Source of the DNA: an uncultured virus (IMG/VR IMGVR_UViG_3300032167_007427)
Lineage: Duplodnaviria > Heunggongvirae > Uroviricota > Caudoviricetes
IMG/VR virus record: IMGVR_UViG_3300032167_007427
DNA: 20,000 bases
Reading direction: 5' to 3' (one strand)
This document shows, piece after piece, positions 15,388 to 20,000 of the stretch. The first letter of the stretch is position 1; each line of letters begins with the position of its first letter. The notes under the pieces are model-generated. The model had not been told where the DNA came from. It saw only the letters and a program-made list of their open reading frames with translations, and made no database searches. A program made the position numbers and the translations under genes.

Positions 15388-16006
15388 AAAGTATTATATC
15401 TTGAACCTTTGGGACTACGGAACCCCGGCATACTGCTCCTATAGCAAAATGTATATTGGGACCGAAGCGGAAATACGAACAGCGATAGAGGCAATGAAAA
15501 AAGAAGATAAAAATTCTGAAACAGTAGTTGCAGTTGAACGCTATCTTTCGGGGGATAAGACCTCCACGCACAATATTGCTTATCACGAAATTCCTGCTTT
15601 GGAGCCGTGTTCACTTGTTGCTTCATCATCCCTCTCTCTTGGCGAATACTCATGGGAACACATCAATGTATGGGGATTTCCGTACATAATGAAATGCGAT
15701 TCTGCCGAAGTAAAACAAATCATTATCAAATATAAAAGAAGGTACTATCGCTGTGTCCGTGCTTGGTTTAATAACCTATGCTACGAATCGGTTTCAGGAC
15801 GATGGTCTCCGATGGGGAATTTTTATCTTGGCCCCGCATATCTCTTTGATGTTGTAAAGGCCCCCGGTAAACCTCGAATAATGAATAATCTCCTATATGT
15901 AGTTGAAACAGAGTATGATGATTTACAGAAAACCGATGATGAAATCCTTTCAATAGAACACTTAAATTTCAAAGGCTTCTGCGATGACATATTTGCTGAT
16001 GGTTAA
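15380..16006 (+). CDS. Hypothetical protein (208 aa)
   Basis: ATG 15380 overlaps the upstream stop, consistent with coupling. No recognisable motif. Confidence 0.65.
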   Translation: MHEKYYILNLWDYGTPAYCSYSKMYIGTEAEIRTAIEAMKKEDKNSETVVAVERYLSGDKTSTHNIAYHEIPALEPCSLVASSSLSLGEYSWEHINVWGFPYIMKCDSAEVKQIIIKYKRRYYRCVRAWFNNLCYESVSGRWSPMGNFYLGPAYLFDVVKAPGKPRIMNNLLYVVETEYDDLQKTDDEILSIEHLNFKGFCDDIFADG

Positions 16007-16017
16007 TGGAGGAGTGT

Positions 16018-16155
16018 ATGATAAAAGGTTCTTATACAAGAGATTTTTATATCCTTCCTACTGTAATCATCCACAATGGTGACGGGATTTATACTACCTT
16101 TGAGCTTGCTTGGCTTAAATGGTATGTTGGCTTTATTCGGCATAAAAAGGAGTGA
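16018..16155 (+). CDS. Small hypothetical protein, 45 aa (not in the ORF track)
   Basis: RBS ggagga 4 nt before the ATG. Translates as MIKGSYTRDFYILPTVIIHNGDGIYTTFELAWLKWYVGFIRHKKE*. Fills the gap, and its end overlaps the next gene's RBS. Confidence 0.7.
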   Translation: MIKGSYTRDFYILPTVIIHNGDGIYTTFELAWLKWYVGFIRHKKE

Positions 16156-16160
16156 AATAT

Positions 16161-16874
16161 ATGACTTATGTTCTTTCGGATATTCACGGTAATATGTCCA
16201 ACTTCAAATCAATACTCACACAGATTAATCTTCAACCGGAGGATACTCTATATATTCTTGGTGATGTTATCGACCGATACCCCGATGGTATCCGTATCAT
16301 ACGAATGATAATGACAATGCCCAACGTAAAAATGCTCCTCGGTAATCACGAGCATATGATGCTTCAGACACTAACCACACCCCAACCTGAATTTATAAAC
16401 AAGTGGGAACGTGAATTTTGTCTTTGGTATCGTAATGGCGGTGCCGTTACTCACGAATATTTAAAGCATATACGGAAAGTACAGCGGCAAGAAGTGTTTG
16501 ATTTTCTTAAGGGATTACCCGTCAACTTAGACGTCGAAGTTAACGGTATCAAATACAAGCTTGTTCACGGCTCACCGGTTGAGAATTTCAAAGCTCATTG
16601 GCGTGAATACGCTTCTCCTGAAGAGTTTGCGGTTTGGGAACGTTGGGATCAATATCAGCCTATACCCGAAGGATACACACTCGTATTCGGTCATACGCCT
16701 ACCGTACAGTTTCAATACGAAACTCCTCTGAAAATATGGTTCGGTGATAATGCTATCGGAATTGATTGTGGTGGTGGTTTCTCGGAAAGAAAAAACACCT
16801 ACCACTATAAGGGCAGGCTTGCGTGTTTACGGCTGGATGATATGAAAGAGTTTTACTCCGATACAAAAATATAA
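16161..16874 (+). CDS. Metallophosphoesterase (II), PPP/PphA/lambda-NinI-like Ser/Thr phosphatase type
   Basis: SDIHG, LGDVIDR, LGNHE, W-RNGG, VHG, FGHTP, IGIDCG and LACLRLDD. ATG 16161 fits RBS aaggag better than GTG 16152. Confidence 0.9.
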   Translation: MTYVLSDIHGNMSNFKSILTQINLQPEDTLYILGDVIDRYPDGIRIIRMIMTMPNVKMLLGNHEHMMLQTLTTPQPEFINKWEREFCLWYRNGGAVTHEYLKHIRKVQRQEVFDFLKGLPVNLDVEVNGIKYKLVHGSPVENFKAHWREYASPEEFAVWERWDQYQPIPEGYTLVFGHTPTVQFQYETPLKIWFGDNAIGIDCGGGFSERKNTYHYKGRLACLRLDDMKEFYSDTKI

Positions 16875-16885
16875 AACGAAAGAAG

Positions 16886-18148
16886 GTGAAATTTTTGTAC
16901 GCACCACAATTTGACAATTACATATGGGGCCTTGGAATAAGCCACCGAGGCTATAATAGTGGCGATGTGTATACTGATGAAGCATACCCAATCATTGATG
17001 AAATAATGGCTTTGCTTAAACAGATAACCCCGTGCTATGAAAATGGCTGTCGTGAACTTTGGTTTTGCGTTGAACGAGGCCCCATTGAAGCATATGGTAA
17101 CTACGAAGAACAGCTCGAAGATGGAGATGTTGAGAATTACGAGGAGTTTGTTTCTAATTGGGAACGTGACTATCCCGATGATGAAAAGTGGTATCGCTTC
17201 TACGGACTTGAAACCGATGAAAAATATCAGGCAATCTCCATTAATTACAATTGTGTTATCGAGGTTAGTCCTTATAAGGAGCGAAATGGTTTTCCGTATG
17301 ACGTAACGGAGTTTGTTTCGTTTATAAAAGATAAAGTGATGTTCTGCATACAACAAATCAAGGACGGAATCTACATGGATTATATCCGCCCTCGTATACC
17401 GGATACTCATAAAACAGGTACAATTCTGCAACGGTATTTATGGGAGATTTATCCCGAAAGCAAGACGTCATATTTCGATGGAATAACCGATGCGGACATA
17501 GAAGATTTCTTCACCTATATGTCGCAGCAAGACCATAAAGATTACAAACCCAAGCAACGACTCTCTCATATGACTGCTAACGACTTTTATCGCTATTGTG
17601 CCATTGGGTATAAGGCTATGGGATATGACGGTTGTGAGTTACCCCTTCGTAAGCAGTACGAGAAGCACGCTGACGGGAGAGACGAAGGTCTTGAGGACAT
17701 AGACCCCACTTCACCCGAAGCGTTTCGAGAATGGCTTGTAGAGGGTCGTAAGAGAGGCGGTCACCCTTGGGAAGTTTGCCGTGGCGGTAATTCCACTCAT
17801 ATAGCTCTGTATGTAGGCTTGGATGATGATGGCTATTATCTTAGGCTTGCGGGTTCATCCTATGGAAGAAGCGCCGAAACCATCAAATTCTATCTTGCTT
17901 TACGCAGAAATGGTGTTCCGGTGTATTTGAGCGATGGTGATCATCTTGCCGAGCGTGTACGGGGTGAAGAAAAAGTCGGCATAGTTCCTCAAGGAATTAT
18001 CCCCAAGTATCGTCATAGTGACTTTCCCAATGAGGATATTATATCCTTTTCTAATCTGCCGTATGAAAACCCGGAAGTTGTGGCTTCTCGTTGTGTATGG
18101 CAGGAAATAAAAGAAGTAAAGCTTATCGAGGAGGGGTGTAATGGGTAA
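16886..18148 (+). CDS. Hypothetical protein (420 aa)
   Basis: Long ORF with GTG start, overlapping the next gene by 8 nt. Motif-like segments HADGRDEGL and GGHPWEVCRGGNSTHI. Confidence 0.75.
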   Translation: MKFLYAPQFDNYIWGLGISHRGYNSGDVYTDEAYPIIDEIMALLKQITPCYENGCRELWFCVERGPIEAYGNYEEQLEDGDVENYEEFVSNWERDYPDDEKWYRFYGLETDEKYQAISINYNCVIEVSPYKERNGFPYDVTEFVSFIKDKVMFCIQQIKDGIYMDYIRPRIPDTHKTGTILQRYLWEIYPESKTSYFDGITDADIEDFFTYMSQQDHKDYKPKQRLSHMTANDFYRYCAIGYKAMGYDGCELPLRKQYEKHADGRDEGLEDIDPTSPEAFREWLVEGRKRGGHPWEVCRGGNSTHIALYVGLDDDGYYLRLAGSSYGRSAETIKFYLALRRNGVPVYLSDGDHLAERVRGEEKVGIVPQGIIPKYRHSDFPNEDIISFSNLPYENPEVVASRCVWQEIKEVKLIEEGCNG

Positions 18149-18758
18149 GATATTCTTTACAGCCGATACCCACTTCGGTCATGAAAATGCGATAGGCTTT
18201 GATAACCGTCCGTTTGCTTCCGTTGAGGAAATGGACGAGGAGCTTATCAGACGATGGAACAACAAGGTGGGGAAAGGTGATCTGGTCTACGTTCTCGGCG
18301 ATATGATATGGAAAACACATAATGATGATGCCCCCACACTCATTAAAAAGCTCAATGGTCAAATCATTTTGATTAAGGGAAATCACGACCGTTTTCTTCA
18401 TAATGCAAAGGCTAAGAATGCTCTTGCCGGGGTAAAAGATTACGACGACATTTGTGTAACTCTCGAGGACGGTACAACACGTAGAGTTATCCTTTCACAC
18501 TTTTATATGCCGTTCTATGTAGGGCATCGCTATCAAGCCATTCACCTTCACGGTCATTCGCACAACAGCGAGGAGTGTATGCAGGAAGAACTTATAAAGC
18601 GTACTCTCGTAGCCAACGGCTTTGAGACCCGTGCCTACAACGTCGGCTGTATGCATTGGGACTACGAACCGGTCACCCTTGATGAAATATTACGCTATGA
18701 GGATATGATTACAATGGCAGAGGGGTATTTGAAAGAGATATCCGAAAAAGAAATCTAA
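18141..18758 (+). CDS. Metallophosphoesterase (III), AQ1575/phage phosphoesterase-like
   Basis: ADTHFGH-N, RPF-SVEEMDEELI-RWN, LGDM, KGNHD, SHF, LHGHSH and YNVGC. Confidence 0.9.
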   Translation: MGKIFFTADTHFGHENAIGFDNRPFASVEEMDEELIRRWNNKVGKGDLVYVLGDMIWKTHNDDAPTLIKKLNGQIILIKGNHDRFLHNAKAKNALAGVKDYDDICVTLEDGTTRRVILSHFYMPFYVGHRYQAIHLHGHSHNSEECMQEELIKRTLVANGFETRAYNVGCMHWDYEPVTLDEILRYEDMITMAEGYLKEISEKEI

Positions 18759-18767
18759 TGGAAAACG

Positions 18768-18811
18768 AAAAGTGGCAGGGACTTCAATTCGCGTCCTTGC
18801 CACTATTTTTT
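18768..18811. terminator. Bidirectional terminator
   Basis: aaa-AGTGGCAGGGAC-N10-GTCCTTGCCACT-atttttt between convergent stops. Confidence 0.8.
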
Positions 18812-20000
18812 ATTTCTTTTTGAACGTATGATATTCAATTATAATTTCAACATCATAGTCGAACACACTGTTTTTCTTGAACGGATATACATTCCCTATA
18901 GTAATCTTCTCAACCGAGCCATCCTTCTTTATCCAGCCAGTTACAAGATCTCTGATTGGGCGTTCGTATATTTCCGTAAATCCGAGTTCTTGCAGTTTAT
19001 CACCCGCGTCCACATAACTAAACCTCCTGAGCTCTCTTTCAGAAAACGGAATCGTAATTTCACGTTTAACGTGGTATGTTATGATTATTTCTGCATCATA
19101 AGGAATCATATCGCCCTCAACAAAATAAGAGCTACCCAATATTACAATTTGCTCAACTTGTCCGACCTTATAAGATGAGCCGACGCATATATCTTTTATC
19201 GGGATTATCTTAATGTTGTTGAATGCAAGATTATGTAATTTAGTCTGAACCTCTTCAACGTCCTTACCGAGCAATTCATCATAACGATATTTCATTCTTA
19301 TCTTTTTGCGTTTGAAAAAGAATGCTTTTAATCTTTGCTTGAAGAGCTCCCCGTCAGAGAGTTTTTGTTCTTTTTTTATACCGTCTGTTTTGGCAGTATA
19401 ATTGTTGGATGATTTACTTTTTGATGATGACGAAGTTGTATACGTATATGTTGATGCTCGGCTACTGTCTGTATAACTGCTTCTTGTTGTACTGTAAGCT
19501 TCATCGGCATCTTCGTCGTCTTCAATTATTTCATATGGTTCTGAAGAATAATCATGATGCAAGCGTGCACCACATTCGGTGCAGGTCCACCCGTCTTCGT
19601 ATTCATTAAAACAAGATTGCTCACTCAAATCCGCACCACAGCCGGGGCATTCAAATTTGTCTTCGTCATCGACCTCGTCCTCGACAATCGAATAATCTTC
19701 AAAACTATAATTACGATGTAATTTTGCACCGCATTCGGTACACTCCCAGTCATCTTCGTAACCGCAATACAACCATTGTTTTTTTATGTTAGCATTACAA
19801 TTGGGGCATAATACTCTGTTGTTATAATCATCCTCGGAGTCGTAAATTTCATCGTCATTAATTGGGTTAGTATGATAGCATTCGGTACACGTCCAACTTC
19901 CGCAACTATCTGAAAAACCGGATTGTTTATTTAGTAAAGCCCCGCAACTGTCGCAGTACCAAGCCACTCCCTCAAATGTATCACCGTCATATACGTCATC
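18810..20000 (-). CDS. Zinc-ribbon-repeat protein with two C-terminal PASTA-like repeats, probably 5'-truncated
   Basis: Frame is open to the window edge (DDVYDGDTFEG-VAWYC). Three CxxC-x16-W-CTEC repeats, a Ser/Thr linker, and two ~75-aa repeats ending IITYH / IIEYH. Confidence 0.7.
   Translation of the reverse strand, partial: DDVYDGDTFEGVAWYCDSCGALLNKQSGFSDSCGSWTCTECYHTNPINDDEIYDSEDDYNNRVLCPNCNANIKKQWLYCGYEDDWECTECGAKLHRNYSFEDYSIVEDEVDDEDKFECPGCGADLSEQSCFNEYEDGWTCTECGARLHHDYSSEPYEIIEDDEDADEAYSTTRSSYTDSSRASTYTYTTSSSSKSKSSNNYTAKTDGIKKEQKLSDGELFKQRLKAFFFKRKKIRMKYRYDELLGKDVEEVQTKLHNLAFNNIKIIPIKDICVGSSYKVGQVEQIVILGSSYFVEGDMIPYDAEIIITYHVKREITIPFSERELRRFSYVDAGDKLQELGFTEIYERPIRDLVTGWIKKDGSVEKITIGNVYPFKKNSVFDYDVEIIIEYHTFKKK

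Noticed and set aside
2325..16160. ORF-track starts at 2325, 4285, 13082, 13649, 15338 and 16152
   Set aside because: Downstream ATGs (2370, 4366, 13052, 13559, 15380, 16161) have better RBS spacing or stop-start coupling. Several of the extensions run through terminators, promoters or other genes.
150..19609. Numerous 60-190 aa antisense or alternate-frame ORFs (e.g. 3404-3913, 14406-14897, 16853-17431, 11772-12188)
   Set aside because: They are shadows of well-supported genes, with no recognisable motifs.

Overview
Bacillota (Clostridia-like) mobile DNA in four blocks. (1) 1-3907 (+): right end of a siphovirus-type prophage late region, with a 5'-truncated tail/receptor-binding protein, a putative tail-fibre chaperone, two membrane/holin genes and an Amidase_2+LysM endolysin. 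(2) 3990-7461 (+): HTH/zinc-finger protein, SHOCT microprotein and two tandem large serine recombinases (LSRs). (3) 7512-13052 (-): a convergent, tightly coupled six-gene operon encoding a resolvase-like protein lacking the catalytic Ser, an atypical LSR whose zinc-ribbon/coiled-coil region is replaced by an unnamed domain ('X'), two stand-alone paralogues of X, and two different ParB/Srx-like proteins without ParA. A divergent pair of paralogous XRE regulators and operator-like repeats lie next to it (13082-14058). (4) 14244-20000: a cargo operon with three different metallophosphoesterases, a Phd/YefM-like fusion, an unannotated 45-aa ORF and two unknown proteins, converging on a 5'-truncated zinc-ribbon-repeat/PASTA-like gene. 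Block 3 is the best candidate for an undescribed system. All family assignments come from reading motifs by eye; no searches were run.
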